A stretch of DNA of 64,000 bases from Pseudomonadota bacterium. GTDB taxonomy: Bacteria; Desulfobacterota; Desulfobacteria; Desulfobacterales; RPRI01. Positions 30,736 to 40,463 of the stretch are shown in pieces (the first letter of the stretch is position 1; every line of letters starts with the position of its first letter). The stretch lies in assembly GCA_043825875.1 (NCBI GenBank), contig JBDRRF010000107.1, forward strand, positions 1 through 64,000, given 5' to 3'. The notes beneath the pieces are model-generated. The model had not been told where the DNA came from and made no database searches. It saw nothing but the letters and a program-made list of their open reading frames with translations. The position numbers and the translations under genes are program-made.

Positions 30736-31662
30736 ATGGACCAAGCGACAAATTTGAGACAAATGGTAGAAATCAAATCTCAAAACGTTTTCAAACTCAA
30801 AAAAGACAAAACAGCTGAATCGGGTAAAAAAGCAAAAGGTCCCAGAGTTATTGCCGTTGCCAGCGGTAAAGGCGGTGTTGGTAAAACCAATATAGTTGTT
30901 AATCTCGCTATTGCTTTTAGGCGTATCGGCTATCGCGTTTTGATTTTTGATGCCGATTTGGGTTTGGCAAATATAGATATTATTTTCGGTCTCAATCCTA
31001 AATATAATATCGAAAACATTATAAACGGGGAAAAGGAGCTTTCCCAGATTATTGTTAAAGGACCGGAAGGTGTCGATATTATTCCTGCAAGTTCAGGAGT
31101 TCAGGAATTGACACAACTTACCGAAGGCCAGAAGATAAATCTCTTAAATGAGTTTGATATGTTAAATCGCAAGTATGATTTACTGCTTGTTGATACCGGT
31201 GCCGGAGTATCATCTAATGTTATTTATTTTAATCTGGCTGCTGACGAAAGAATGATAGTAGTAACTCCTGAACCTACTTCGGTAACTGATGCATATGCTC
31301 TGATAAAAATATTATACTTTAAATATGAAATAAAAAATTTTTACTTAATACTGAATATGGTGAATGATGAAAAGGAGGCAAAATCCGTTTATGATAAATT
31401 CGTAAAAGTTGTGAACAGATTTATGGGCGGAATTTCCATTGAGTACGCCGGCTTTATACCTCGCGATAATTTATTAAGGGAAGCTGTTGCACGTAGAAAA
31501 CCGGTAATGCGCGCTTTCCCGGAAGCCAAGTCGTGCAATAGCTTTAGGCTATTAGCTAATCACATTTCAAAAAGAGATAAAAACATGCAAATTGATGGCA
31601 ATATAAAATTTTTCTGGAAAAGACTGATCGGCGGAGATCCCGATGTTAACAATAAGCGCTGA
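30736..31662 (+). CDS. flhG: MinD-like ATPase FlhG/FleN
   Basis: MDQA..LR N-terminus; SGKGGVGKT, DADLGLAN. Confidence 0.93.
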   Translation: MDQATNLRQMVEIKSQNVFKLKKDKTAESGKKAKGPRVIAVASGKGGVGKTNIVVNLAIAFRRIGYRVLIFDADLGLANIDIIFGLNPKYNIENIINGEKELSQIIVKGPEGVDIIPASSGVQELTQLTEGQKINLLNEFDMLNRKYDLLLVDTGAGVSSNVIYFNLAADERMIVVTPEPTSVTDAYALIKILYFKYEIKNFYLILNMVNDEKEAKSVYDKFVKVVNRFMGGISIEYAGFIPRDNLLREAVARRKPVMRAFPEAKSCNSFRLLANHISKRDKNMQIDGNIKFFWKRLIGGDPDVNNKR

Positions 31663-32410
31663 AGTAAATCGATATGTTGAAGCTTCTCAACTTAACCTTG
31701 AAGAAGAAAAGGAAAGTCGCAGAGAAGAACTTATTATAAAATATGCGCCGCTTGTTAAATATATCTCAGACAGGCTGGCAATTAGAATGCCTTCGCATGT
31801 TTTAAAGGATGATTTGCATAGCGCCGGCATAATAGGTTTGTTTGAAGCGATCGACAATTTTGATTATAGCAGAGGAATCAAATTTGAGACTTATGCATCT
31901 TACAGGATAAGAGGGGCTATTCTGGATGAAATGAGAAGACTTGATTGGATTCCAAGATCTGTAAGAAAAGAAATTCAACAAATTGAATCCGCTATAACAG
32001 CACTTCAGATAAAGCTTGACAGAACTCCTGAAGATGAAGAAATTGCACAAGAATTGGGGGTCAGTCTTGAAATTTATTATAAAATGGCGGGCAGAACGCA
32101 TAATGTACACCTTTTAAGCCTTGATGAGCCTTCTTTGAGCACTTCGATTACACCGGTTAGCAGAATGGAATCAGATACTCCGTCACCGTTTGATAAAATC
32201 AAAAAAAGTGAACTTAAAAAAGTAATTGCGGCTGCTTTGGAAAATTTGCCTGATAAGGTACAAATGGTTATTTCGCTGTATTATTTTGACGAGTTGACCT
32301 TAAAAGAAATTGCAGAAATAATGGGATTGACTGAATCACGGATATCCCAAATACACTCAAAAGCTATCATCATATTAAGAACGAAGCTGAAAGCATATTT
32401 CGAAGGTTGA
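31643..32410 (+). CDS. fliA: Flagellar sigma factor (sigma28)
   Basis: YRIRGAILDEMRRLDW; LTLKEIA..GLTESRISQIH. Confidence 0.95.
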   Translation: MLTISAEVNRYVEASQLNLEEEKESRREELIIKYAPLVKYISDRLAIRMPSHVLKDDLHSAGIIGLFEAIDNFDYSRGIKFETYASYRIRGAILDEMRRLDWIPRSVRKEIQQIESAITALQIKLDRTPEDEEIAQELGVSLEIYYKMAGRTHNVHLLSLDEPSLSTSITPVSRMESDTPSPFDKIKKSELKKVIAAALENLPDKVQMVISLYYFDELTLKEIAEIMGLTESRISQIHSKAIIILRTKLKAYFEG

Positions 32411-32412
32411 GC

Positions 32413-33264
32413 ATGGATCCGAATAAAAGTGATATTAATGAAGAACAATTCACAGAAAACGAACTTGATGAAGTGCAAAGCGATGAAAAGTTTAGCGGAA
32501 ATGAACTCGATGAAGTAGAGAGTGATGAAAAGTTTAGTGGAAACGAACTTGATGAAGTAGAAAGCGATGAACAATTTGCCGGAAATGAACTTGATGAAAC
32601 TCAAACTGATGAAAAGTTTAGCGGAAACGAACTTGATAGAATTCAAAGTGACGAGAGTTTAACGGGAAATGAACTTGACAGCTCGAAAACTGATAACCAA
32701 AAGATCCAGGCAGAAGCTGAAAAGCCGGATAGTATAATCGAAAATGAACCGCTAAAGAACAGTTCTTCCACAAGAAAGAAAATAACATTTTCGGTAGATG
32801 CAATACTTTCGTTATTTAAGATAAAGAAAATTACGATTGTACATAAAATATCCGCAATAGTTATTATGCTATGTTTTATAATAACAACTTTATATTTTTT
32901 TATCATAAGGCAGCCACAAGTTGAAAATATGCCGATACCAATAGAGAAAACATCAGTTAGAAATGAAAATTATGCATTAGTATTTGATACATTTATAGTT
33001 CCTTTTGAGCAAAACAAGTATTACACATACATGCTGCTTGATATTTCTTTTGATATTCAGGAAGAAAAATTACGCGAGGAAATGACCGGAAAACAAAACA
33101 AACTTAGAAAAATAATATATGACAAGTTGCTGGATAAGATTAAAGGCGTCAAATCGCTTCCACCCGTGGCTGAGATAAAGAATGATATCAAATCAGCAAT
33201 TAATACTGTGCTTGAAAATGGAAGGATACAGGAAGTATTTATAACTAAATATCATGCTGTATAA
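32413..33264 (+). CDS. FliL-like membrane protein with an acidic tandem-repeat N-terminus
   Basis: Six 14-aa repeats, one TM helix and a C-terminal FliL-like domain (FDTFIVP, LRKIIYD, IQEVFITKY). Confidence 0.7.
   Translation: MDPNKSDINEEQFTENELDEVQSDEKFSGNELDEVESDEKFSGNELDEVESDEQFAGNELDETQTDEKFSGNELDRIQSDESLTGNELDSSKTDNQKIQAEAEKPDSIIENEPLKNSSSTRKKITFSVDAILSLFKIKKITIVHKISAIVIMLCFIITTLYFFIIRQPQVENMPIPIEKTSVRNENYALVFDTFIVPFEQNKYYTYMLLDISFDIQEEKLREEMTGKQNKLRKIIYDKLLDKIKGVKSLPPVAEIKNDIKSAINTVLENGRIQEVFITKYHAV
32443..32694 (+). repeat. Six imperfect 42-bp coding tandem repeats (consensus EKFSGNELDEVESD)
   Basis: Directly visible in both DNA and translation. Confidence 0.95.
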
Positions 33265-33369
33265 AATAGGAACATAAAATCACAATGGAAGAAGTGCAAA
33301 TATGAGGATGCATTAAAACCGGTTTTAAGGAGGCCATACGGAAATTATATCCGTTAATGGATAAATAAA

Positions 33370-33672
33370 ATGAGCAGCTCATCAAACATTAATAGTATAT
33401 TAAGCCAGGGAACAGCTATTAAGGAAATACACAATGTCAGGAAACAAAATCTGGAATTAAACCAGCAATTCGTTGCACAGCATGCTGAAATTCAGAAAAA
33501 AGAAGATAAAATTAAGGTTCTAGAATCTAATGCCGGCGGGAATGTGGAAATCGGGAATGAAAATGAAAGAAAAAATCAGAAACGTCAAAATCAGAAACAA
33601 AAGGATAAAGATATGGCAGACAATGAATCAATACCTTCTGATGATGAACACATTATCGATATTACGGTGTAA
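33370..33672 (+). CDS. Hypothetical hydrophilic protein in the flagellar cluster
   Basis: ORF in operon context, ends HIIDITV, stops 2 nt before the next gene. Confidence 0.7.
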   Translation: MSSSSNINSILSQGTAIKEIHNVRKQNLELNQQFVAQHAEIQKKEDKIKVLESNAGGNVEIGNENERKNQKRQNQKQKDKDMADNESIPSDDEHIIDITV

Positions 33673-33674
33673 AT

Positions 33675-34154
33675 ATGGCGATGTTTGACATTAAAGGTCT
33701 GATAATTCTCTTAATAAGCATTGATATATTTGCGATTATTGCCTGCATATATCTGATCAGAAAAATACGATCTATGCCAAAAGCAGAAAGGTTTGAAGAA
33801 GGCATCAAAATATTTGAATCTTTGCTAAATGATGCGGGTCAGATCAGCGGATGTTTCACTGAGCAGGTTACTACAAAATACGATATGATAAAAAAGATAA
33901 ATGCTCAGTTAGACCAGCGCATAGATAGTATTAATGTGTTACTAAACAGGGCGAATATAATCCTTTCTGATACTGAAAAAAAACATGACCAGTCTAATCA
34001 GGATACAAAGTCGATTCTTCTTAAGCAAAAAGAAATAATTAAGCTTGATAGACAAGGCTGTAATGTGGAAGAAATTGCAAACAGGCTTTTGGTCCCGAAA
34101 GGCGAAGTGAAATTAATTCTTGATTTGAATAAAAATCTACCCGGCTTAAAATAG
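33675..34154 (+). CDS. Membrane-anchored coiled-coil protein with a C-terminal HTH-like motif (DUF2802-like)
   Basis: N-terminal TM helix; C-terminal GCNVEEIANRLLVPKGEVKLILDL. Confidence 0.7.
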   Translation: MAMFDIKGLIILLISIDIFAIIACIYLIRKIRSMPKAERFEEGIKIFESLLNDAGQISGCFTEQVTTKYDMIKKINAQLDQRIDSINVLLNRANIILSDTEKKHDQSNQDTKSILLKQKEIIKLDRQGCNVEEIANRLLVPKGEVKLILDLNKNLPGLK

Positions 34155-34220
34155 CAGTCATTTAGAATAACTCTTAATCGCCGTAAAGTCTAAGCAAAGG
34201 TCATAAAACAGGAGTTTATT

Positions 34221-35297
34221 GTGGTAGAAATTAACGGCCTGCCAAGTTCAGGAGTTTTGATTTATGACTCAGATCAACTGCACTCATCAAACACGGTCAG
34301 GTTTATAAAAAATGAAATTATTAAAGGAAGAGTTCTTAAACTTCTTGATTCAAAAACTGCGCTTATCAATATAAAAGGGCGCGATTTTAGCGCAAGTACA
34401 CAGGTTCCATTGAAAGTCGGTTCGGAAATGATCTTTAAAGTTTTAAAATTATCTCCGGTTCCGGAATTAAGGGCGCTTGGTATTCAAAATGTAAAACCCG
34501 AAGCTGCAAATATTTCGGCTATACTTTCTGCTTTAAAAGATAATTTATGGAAATCTGTATTTGAAAAAATCTCAACCGTCAAAGGTTCGACGCCTGAGAA
34601 AATCTCATATAGTCAAATTATCGATAGTCTGCCTAAAAAGCTTATAAAATCCGGCAAAGCTGAATATGTAAAGGAGATCATAAACCGGTCCGGTTTGTTT
34701 CTGGAATCCAAACTAAAAAAGGCGATAGGGCCAAAAGCATTAGAGCCTGAACAAATCAGGCAGCTCATAAAAAACGATGTAAAAGGATTGCTTCTGGGCT
34801 TGATCTCAAAGACAGATGATGAGGATGCCAAAAAATTATTATCAGTAATAAAGAGTTTGCAATTGCTCAATATATCAGGCGTTGAACAGGAAAGAAAAAT
34901 GTTTATTCCTCTGCCACTTTTATTGCCGGATGGTCATTTTTGTACTGCTCAATTGCTGTTTAGGCTGCCAAAGCTGTTAAAGGATATTCCTGAAGAATCG
35001 GAAGAAAATGAAAACCCCCTGAAGATATCCTTATTTCTTGAGCTGTCGAACCTTGGCCCGATCAGAGCGGATTTTACCTTAAAAGGCAAAACACTTTACG
35101 GAATGTTTGGAGCAGCAGTTGCCGGAACCGTTGAAATACTGGAAAATAGTATGGAATCTTTCAAAAATAATCTTTTGGAAAAAGGTTTTTACATACAGCA
35201 TATTGAATGCCGGCTTAAAGAGCCGGAAATTGTCACTGAACCACTCATATTTAATATAATTCAAACTACAGAAAACAATGTTAATCTGGTAGGATAA
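34221..35297 (+). CDS. Protein with a FliK-like C-terminal domain
   Basis: SGLFLESKL; C-terminal LFLELSNLGPIRADF...LLEKGF; directly before an FlhB-C-like gene. Confidence 0.65.
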   Translation: MVEINGLPSSGVLIYDSDQLHSSNTVRFIKNEIIKGRVLKLLDSKTALINIKGRDFSASTQVPLKVGSEMIFKVLKLSPVPELRALGIQNVKPEAANISAILSALKDNLWKSVFEKISTVKGSTPEKISYSQIIDSLPKKLIKSGKAEYVKEIINRSGLFLESKLKKAIGPKALEPEQIRQLIKNDVKGLLLGLISKTDDEDAKKLLSVIKSLQLLNISGVEQERKMFIPLPLLLPDGHFCTAQLLFRLPKLLKDIPEESEENENPLKISLFLELSNLGPIRADFTLKGKTLYGMFGAAVAGTVEILENSMESFKNNLLEKGFYIQHIECRLKEPEIVTEPLIFNIIQTTENNVNLVG

Positions 35298-35576
35298 ATG
35301 TCTTCAAATAATGAATCCGATAAAGCAGTTGCATTAAGATATACTCCCGATCGTGAGAAAGCGCCGCGTGTTATAGCAACAGGCAAGGGAAAGCTTGCGG
35401 AAAAAATCATCCAGGTAGCAAAAGAAAATGATATCCATATTCACAATGATCCTGATCTTGTTGAGATGTTATCACAACTTCAACCGGATCAGGAAATTCC
35501 ACCTGAATTATATATGATTGTAGCGGAAATCCTTGTATTTGTCTATTCACTAAGCGGTAAAAAATTATCGGGGTAG
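35298..35576 (+). CDS. Stand-alone FlhB C-terminal-like protein (EscU/YscU/HrcU family)
   Basis: KAVALRY...APRVIATGKG.LAEKII, EIPPELY..VAEIL. Confidence 0.9.
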   Translation: MSSNNESDKAVALRYTPDREKAPRVIATGKGKLAEKIIQVAKENDIHIHNDPDLVEMLSQLQPDQEIPPELYMIVAEILVFVYSLSGKKLSG

Positions 35577-35794
35577 GAAAAATATTCCCTATTATCCGGG
35601 GTGCAGCTCTCTAATATATTTTTTTACTACCCGACCTGGCATTGACAATTGGTAAACAAGCATAAAGGCTTTAAAATAAACATTTTGTATATTCTCTGTA
35701 TAGTTGCATTTCTTCTATCTTCCTGTTTCTTAACTTATTAAAACCAAGCATTTTCACAAAAAAATAAACATTATATTCCTGATGCAGTATGTTT

Positions 35795-35811
35795 CTGGCA
35801 CCGATATTGCT
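35795..35811 (+). promoter_or_regulatory. Sigma54 promoter upstream of flgF
   Basis: CTGGCACCGATATTGCT, exact match to TGGCAC-N5-TTGCT. Confidence 0.85.
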
Positions 35812-35904
35812 TTTAATATTTAACAAATGCTTTCGAATAATGATAAACAGACAAAAAGAATTTTTGACTTTTTGCGATTGGAACAAATGGGAGTGGAGTA
35901 AAAA

Positions 35905-36585
35905 ATGATATCAAGTAATTATAATTTGGTTGGAGGTTCTTTAATACAGCAAATCAGGTTTGATACTCTTTCAAACAATCTTGCCAATATAAATACAAAT
36001 GCGTTTAAGCAAGATATCGTATCTTTTGATCAAAATCTTTCTAAGAACATATCTGCAATCGATTTATCTTCAGGCCCTATCGTTTACACAGGTAATTCAT
36101 TAGATGTTGCATTGGAGGATCAGGGTTTTTTCAAGATCCAGACGCCTAACGGCATTAAATATTCAAGAGATGGATCTTTTGGTCTTAACAAAGACGGTAT
36201 GCTGGTCAACCGCAACGGGGACCAGGTATTGGGAGAGAATGGCCCTATAGCTATAACCGGAAGAGATATTGCCATCGGAGGAGATGGTCGAATTATCGAA
36301 GACGGCAGTCCTGGTGATAAAATATTTGTAGTAGATATTAAGGATGCAAAACTTCTGAAAAAAGAAGGGATGAATTATTTTATTTATACAGGAAACGCAA
36401 AAGATATTAAGAGTGCGGAGAAAACCAGTATCAAGCAAGGTTATATTGAGAAATCAAATGTTAATGTGACTGAAGAGATGGTAAGGATGGTAGAGACCTT
36501 CAGAACTTTTGAGTCCATTCAAAAAGCAATTCAGAGTACGGACGAGACAACAGGCAAAATGGTCAATGATTCTGAATTGCTTTAA
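35905..36585 (+). CDS. flgF: Basal-body rod protein FlgF
   Basis: SNNLANINT, YSRDGSF, EKSNVN; precedes flgG. Confidence 0.88.
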   Translation: MISSNYNLVGGSLIQQIRFDTLSNNLANINTNAFKQDIVSFDQNLSKNISAIDLSSGPIVYTGNSLDVALEDQGFFKIQTPNGIKYSRDGSFGLNKDGMLVNRNGDQVLGENGPIAITGRDIAIGGDGRIIEDGSPGDKIFVVDIKDAKLLKKEGMNYFIYTGNAKDIKSAEKTSIKQGYIEKSNVNVTEEMVRMVETFRTFESIQKAIQSTDETTGKMVNDSELL

Positions 36586-36602
36586 ATAAACAGGAGGTAT
36601 TT

Positions 36603-37385
36603 ATGTTAAGAGGAATGTGGTCGGCTGCATCCGGAATGGATGCACAGAAAATGATGATTGATGTTATTTCAAATAATCTTGCCAACGTTAATACCGTAGG
36701 GTTCAAGAAGAGCAGGCCGGATTTTCAGGATCTTATGTATCAGACCATGAGTCAGGGCGGATCAACGACTTCTTCCGGAGATCAGATCCCGGCAGGTATC
36801 CAGGTCGGTATGGGAACAATGCCGGTTAGTGTTCAAAAAATGTTTATGCAGGGGGATTTCAAGGAATCAAAAAATGAACTGGACATGGCCATAGAAGGGA
36901 AAGGGTTTTTTAAAGTTATAAGTAATGACGAAGAGGTTTATACCCGGGCGGGCAATTTCAAAATGGATAAGGATGGGAACGTTTGTACTGCGAACGGAGA
37001 AAAATTGCAGCCTGCAATGTCAATCCCTGCCGATACCATATCAATAAGTATTGACGGTACAGGAACGGTGACAACTTTTGACTCCTCCGGAACAGGAAAT
37101 GTAGTTGGAGTAATTGAGTTATATTCTTTTGCGAATCCGGCGGGTCTTTTCAGCAAGGGACATAATCTTTATGGAAAAACCGATGCCTCCGGTGAAGCTG
37201 TATCAGGTACTCCGGGTTCGGAAGGATTGGGCACCATCGCACAAGGGTTTATAGAGATGTCGAATGTTGATGTGGTAGAAGAGATGGTGGCTATGATTAT
37301 GGCCCAGAGAGCTTATGAGGTGTCCAGCAAATCGATTCAAACTGCAGACAATATGCTGCAGATGGCAAACAACATCAAGAGGTAG
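36603..37385 (+). CDS. flgG: Distal rod protein FlgG
   Basis: ISNNLANVNTVGFKKSRPDFQDLMYQ, EMSNVDVVEEMV. Confidence 0.96.
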   Translation: MLRGMWSAASGMDAQKMMIDVISNNLANVNTVGFKKSRPDFQDLMYQTMSQGGSTTSSGDQIPAGIQVGMGTMPVSVQKMFMQGDFKESKNELDMAIEGKGFFKVISNDEEVYTRAGNFKMDKDGNVCTANGEKLQPAMSIPADTISISIDGTGTVTTFDSSGTGNVVGVIELYSFANPAGLFSKGHNLYGKTDASGEAVSGTPGSEGLGTIAQGFIEMSNVDVVEEMVAMIMAQRAYEVSSKSIQTADNMLQMANNIKR

Positions 37386-37390
37386 TTATA

Positions 37391-38146
37391 ATGAATAGCT
37401 TTGTTCGCGCAACCATTATCATTATATATCTTTTGGCTTTTGGAGCAATTTCTGAAGCCGGGTCAAATGGCAATCATCGGGGTGCAAAGATCTCAAATGA
37501 TTCCAGCCAGACTATATCCGAAGCAGTATTCAGGAAAGCTTATAATCAGTTTATTAGTTCCCAACTTAAAAAAACAAATGATGATATTCTTTTGTCCCGA
37601 TTCACTGTAAGCGGCAACAAAGAGCTGCCAGCCGGAAAAGTATCTTTGAACTTATTCAGGAAAGGCCGTGAAGAACTTAAAGGATATGTGCGATTGATTG
37701 CCATTGTCAGTGTGGATGACATACCAAAAACGGAAGTTAAACTTTCAGGCTGGGTTGATGTATTCGATTCTGTTGTGTGCGCTTCTAGTAATTTAAATAA
37801 GGGAGACATTATTGCTGCAGAAGATATACACCTTGAAAGAATAAACATATCCCGCCTTAAATCAGATACTTTCAAAGATTTAGATCAGGCAATCGGTCTT
37901 ATGGCCAAACACGATATAAAGGAAAAGGATTGTCTTAAAGATTGGATGCTTAAGAAAACACCGATTGTCAGCAAGGGAGATATGGTTACAATACTTGCGG
38001 AGCATGGAAGTATAAAAGTAACTGCACCCGGAAGAATTCTGGAAAAAGGTTATAAGGGTGATTATATCAGAGTTCAGAATGCGATGAGCAAAAAGAGCGT
38101 TTATGCAAAGGTTATTAACAGCTCTATCGTTACTGTAAATTTTTGA
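37391..38146 (+). CDS. flgA: P-ring assembly chaperone FlgA
   Basis: Signal peptide, SAF-like domain, GDYIRVQNAMSKK. Confidence 0.88.
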   Translation: MNSFVRATIIIIYLLAFGAISEAGSNGNHRGAKISNDSSQTISEAVFRKAYNQFISSQLKKTNDDILLSRFTVSGNKELPAGKVSLNLFRKGREELKGYVRLIAIVSVDDIPKTEVKLSGWVDVFDSVVCASSNLNKGDIIAAEDIHLERINISRLKSDTFKDLDQAIGLMAKHDIKEKDCLKDWMLKKTPIVSKGDMVTILAEHGSIKVTAPGRILEKGYKGDYIRVQNAMSKKSVYAKVINSSIVTVNF

Positions 38147-38153
38147 GGGAAAA

Positions 38154-38870
38154 ATGATTCATAAAAATATTGCAACATTATGCATTTTGCTTGGTTTGAT
38201 TACCGGTTGTTCGGCTGGTTCTCAATACATTAAACAGGCTGCAAAAGTTGAAGTAAAAAGTCCTGACAAGCTTCCCTATGCCTATCAGCCGCCACAAGTA
38301 TCAGAAGGATCTTTGTGGTCTGAATCGGAAGGGTCATTACTTTTCCCAGACAGAAGAGCGCGGCGGGTAGGTGATATTGTTATTGTAAGAATTGTTGAAG
38401 ATCCTGAGGCAAACCTCAATGCCAGCACTAGCTCAAGCAGATCATCCAGTGCTAACGCAAAACTGGAATTTTTAGGTTATATGAAGGCTCTGGCAGAAAA
38501 AAATCCGCGCCTTGCTCAAAATCCGGGAAGCGATGATCTGATAAATGCAACCTTAGGTACAAAATTCGACGGGAAAGGTTCCAGCAACAGAGACGGCCAT
38601 GTCAAAGCATATGTATCTGCTGTAGTTATAGAGGTTTTCCCAAACGGCAATTTATTTATCAATGGTAAACGGGAAGTAAAAGTAAACAATGAAACTGAAT
38701 TTATTGCACTATCCGGAATAGTAAGAGCTGAAGATATCAGTACGGCAAATGAGGTTTCTTCGGCTTATGTTGCTGATGCTAAAATCTCTTATTCCGGGAA
38801 TGGCCCGGTAGCGGATAAGCAAAGGCCTGGATGGCTGATGGGGGTTATTGATTATGTATGGCCGTTTTAA
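38154..38870 (+). CDS. flgH: L-ring lipoprotein FlgH
   Basis: Lipobox LITGC; DRRARRVGDIV; C-terminal GWL..VWPF. Confidence 0.94.
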   Translation: MIHKNIATLCILLGLITGCSAGSQYIKQAAKVEVKSPDKLPYAYQPPQVSEGSLWSESEGSLLFPDRRARRVGDIVIVRIVEDPEANLNASTSSSRSSSANAKLEFLGYMKALAEKNPRLAQNPGSDDLINATLGTKFDGKGSSNRDGHVKAYVSAVVIEVFPNGNLFINGKREVKVNNETEFIALSGIVRAEDISTANEVSSAYVADAKISYSGNGPVADKQRPGWLMGVIDYVWPF

Positions 38871-40023
38871 GATAATATTTCTGCTGGTATTATTACTGTG
38901 CTTTGTTATTCCTTCAAAGGGATTTTCTGCCCGTATAAAAGATTTATCTTCTATAAAAGGAATCCGTTCAAACCAGCTTTTTGGTTATGGTTTGATCGTC
39001 GGTCTTAACGGCAGCGGTGATAAGAGCGGCACTACCTTTACAATTCAGGCTCTTGCCAACATGCTTGAAAAGATGGGAATACATGTGAGCCAGGATGATA
39101 TGAAGGTAAACAATGTTGCGGCTGTAATGGTAAGCACCGAACTGCCGCCGTTTGCCAGGATCGGTAAAGATTTGGATGTGACGGTTTCATCCATTGGTGA
39201 TGCCAAAAGCCTTCTTGGCGGGACACTTTTGCTTACCCCTTTAAAAGGTGTTGACGGCAAAGTATATGCGCTTGCTCAGGGGCCTATTGTGGTTGGAGGC
39301 TTCAGTTCAGGAGGAGATGCCGGCGGCGGTGTAACAAAGAATCATCCGACAGTTGGAAGAATAGTAAATGGTGCAACAGTTGAAAAAGAGGTTCTTTTGT
39401 CACTTGAGAATAGAAACAATCTAACTCTTATGTTAAATAATCCCGATTTTGAAACCGCAACAAGGGTTGCAGAAGCAATTAAGATGCAATTCGGAGAAGA
39501 TCTGGCTAAACCGTTAGATTCAGGTACTCTTAAAATCAGGGTTCCGGAAGTATACCAAAATGATGTTGTTGGTTTGATTGCTAAACTTGGCAATCTTGAT
39601 GTTAAGCCGGATAATGTTGCCAAAGTAATAGTAAACGAGAAAACAGGCACTGTTGTTATTGGAGAAAGTGTTACAATTTCAATTGTTGCTGTTGCCCATG
39701 GTAACTTGAATATACAAATTAAAGAGACAAAAGAAGTTTCGCAGCCTCAGCCGTTCGGGGTATCACGCTCTGCAAACGCGGCACCGGCACAGATGCCTAA
39801 TGGTACGGTAGTTGCTACCGGTGGGGCAACGGTTGTAAGTCCGAATACGGAAGTAAACGCAAATGAAGAAAAAACAAGCCTGGTATTAATAAATAGTGGG
39901 AAAACGGTTGGCGAACTGGTCCGTGCTCTTAATGCTATCGGGGTTACGCCAAGAGATCTTATTACTATCCTTCAGACAATTAAAGCAGCAGGAGCGCTTC
40001 AGGCTGAACTGGAAATTATTTAA
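38854..40023 (+). CDS. flgI: P-ring protein FlgI
   Basis: RIKDL, NQLFGYGLIVGL, GDAKSLLGGTLL, AAGALQAELEII. Confidence 0.96.
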   Translation: MYGRFKIIFLLVLLLCFVIPSKGFSARIKDLSSIKGIRSNQLFGYGLIVGLNGSGDKSGTTFTIQALANMLEKMGIHVSQDDMKVNNVAAVMVSTELPPFARIGKDLDVTVSSIGDAKSLLGGTLLLTPLKGVDGKVYALAQGPIVVGGFSSGGDAGGGVTKNHPTVGRIVNGATVEKEVLLSLENRNNLTLMLNNPDFETATRVAEAIKMQFGEDLAKPLDSGTLKIRVPEVYQNDVVGLIAKLGNLDVKPDNVAKVIVNEKTGTVVIGESVTISIVAVAHGNLNIQIKETKEVSQPQPFGVSRSANAAPAQMPNGTVVATGGATVVSPNTEVNANEEKTSLVLINSGKTVGELVRALNAIGVTPRDLITILQTIKAAGALQAELEII

Positions 40024-40038
40024 AAGGAGTAAAGAAAT

Positions 40039-40317
40039 ATGATTAAAGACATTATGCAGGCTCCTGTTTCAACTGAAATTCAAAAAAATTCACCGGAAAA
40101 ACTAAAAAAAACATGCCAAGATTTTGAATCGATTTTTCTGACATATATGTTAAAGACAATGAGATCCAGCGCAACAGAATCAGGCACAGTTGGAAAGAGC
40201 CATGAAAGCAATATGCTTTATGCAATGTTTGATGAAAAATTAAGTGAACAGATGGCAGATAGCGGTGGGATAGGTCTTGCAGACATGCTTTTTGCGCAGC
40301 TTATGGAGCGACAATAA
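40039..40317 (+). CDS. flgJ: Short FlgJ (rod-binding domain only)
   Basis: QDFESIFL..MLKTMR, GGIGLADML; no muramidase domain. Confidence 0.85.
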   Translation: MIKDIMQAPVSTEIQKNSPEKLKKTCQDFESIFLTYMLKTMRSSATESGTVGKSHESNMLYAMFDEKLSEQMADSGGIGLADMLFAQLMERQ

Positions 40318-40415
40318 AATGTTTTTGAGATTTTTGCTTCCGGCTGTTTGAGAAAGTTTATTAATTATTACAATATAATTACTATTAGTTATAACTTTTT
40401 ATGAAGATATGTTGT

Positions 40416-40442
40416 TAAGAAAAAGGCGGAATTTGCCGATAA
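40416..40442 (+). promoter_or_regulatory. Sigma28 promoter upstream of flgN-flgK-flgL-csrA-fliW
   Basis: TAAG-N15-GCCGATAA. Confidence 0.85.
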
Positions 40443-40463
40443 CCAATTTGGAGAATTTGCTTT

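Noticed and set aside
32443..32694. CRISPR-like periodic repeats
   Set aside because: The units are contiguous in-frame coding repeats without unique spacers, and no cas genes are present. I saw no CRISPR array in the window.
35636..35652. Extra sigma54 site (TGGCATTGACAATTGG)
   Set aside because: No GC at the -12 position.
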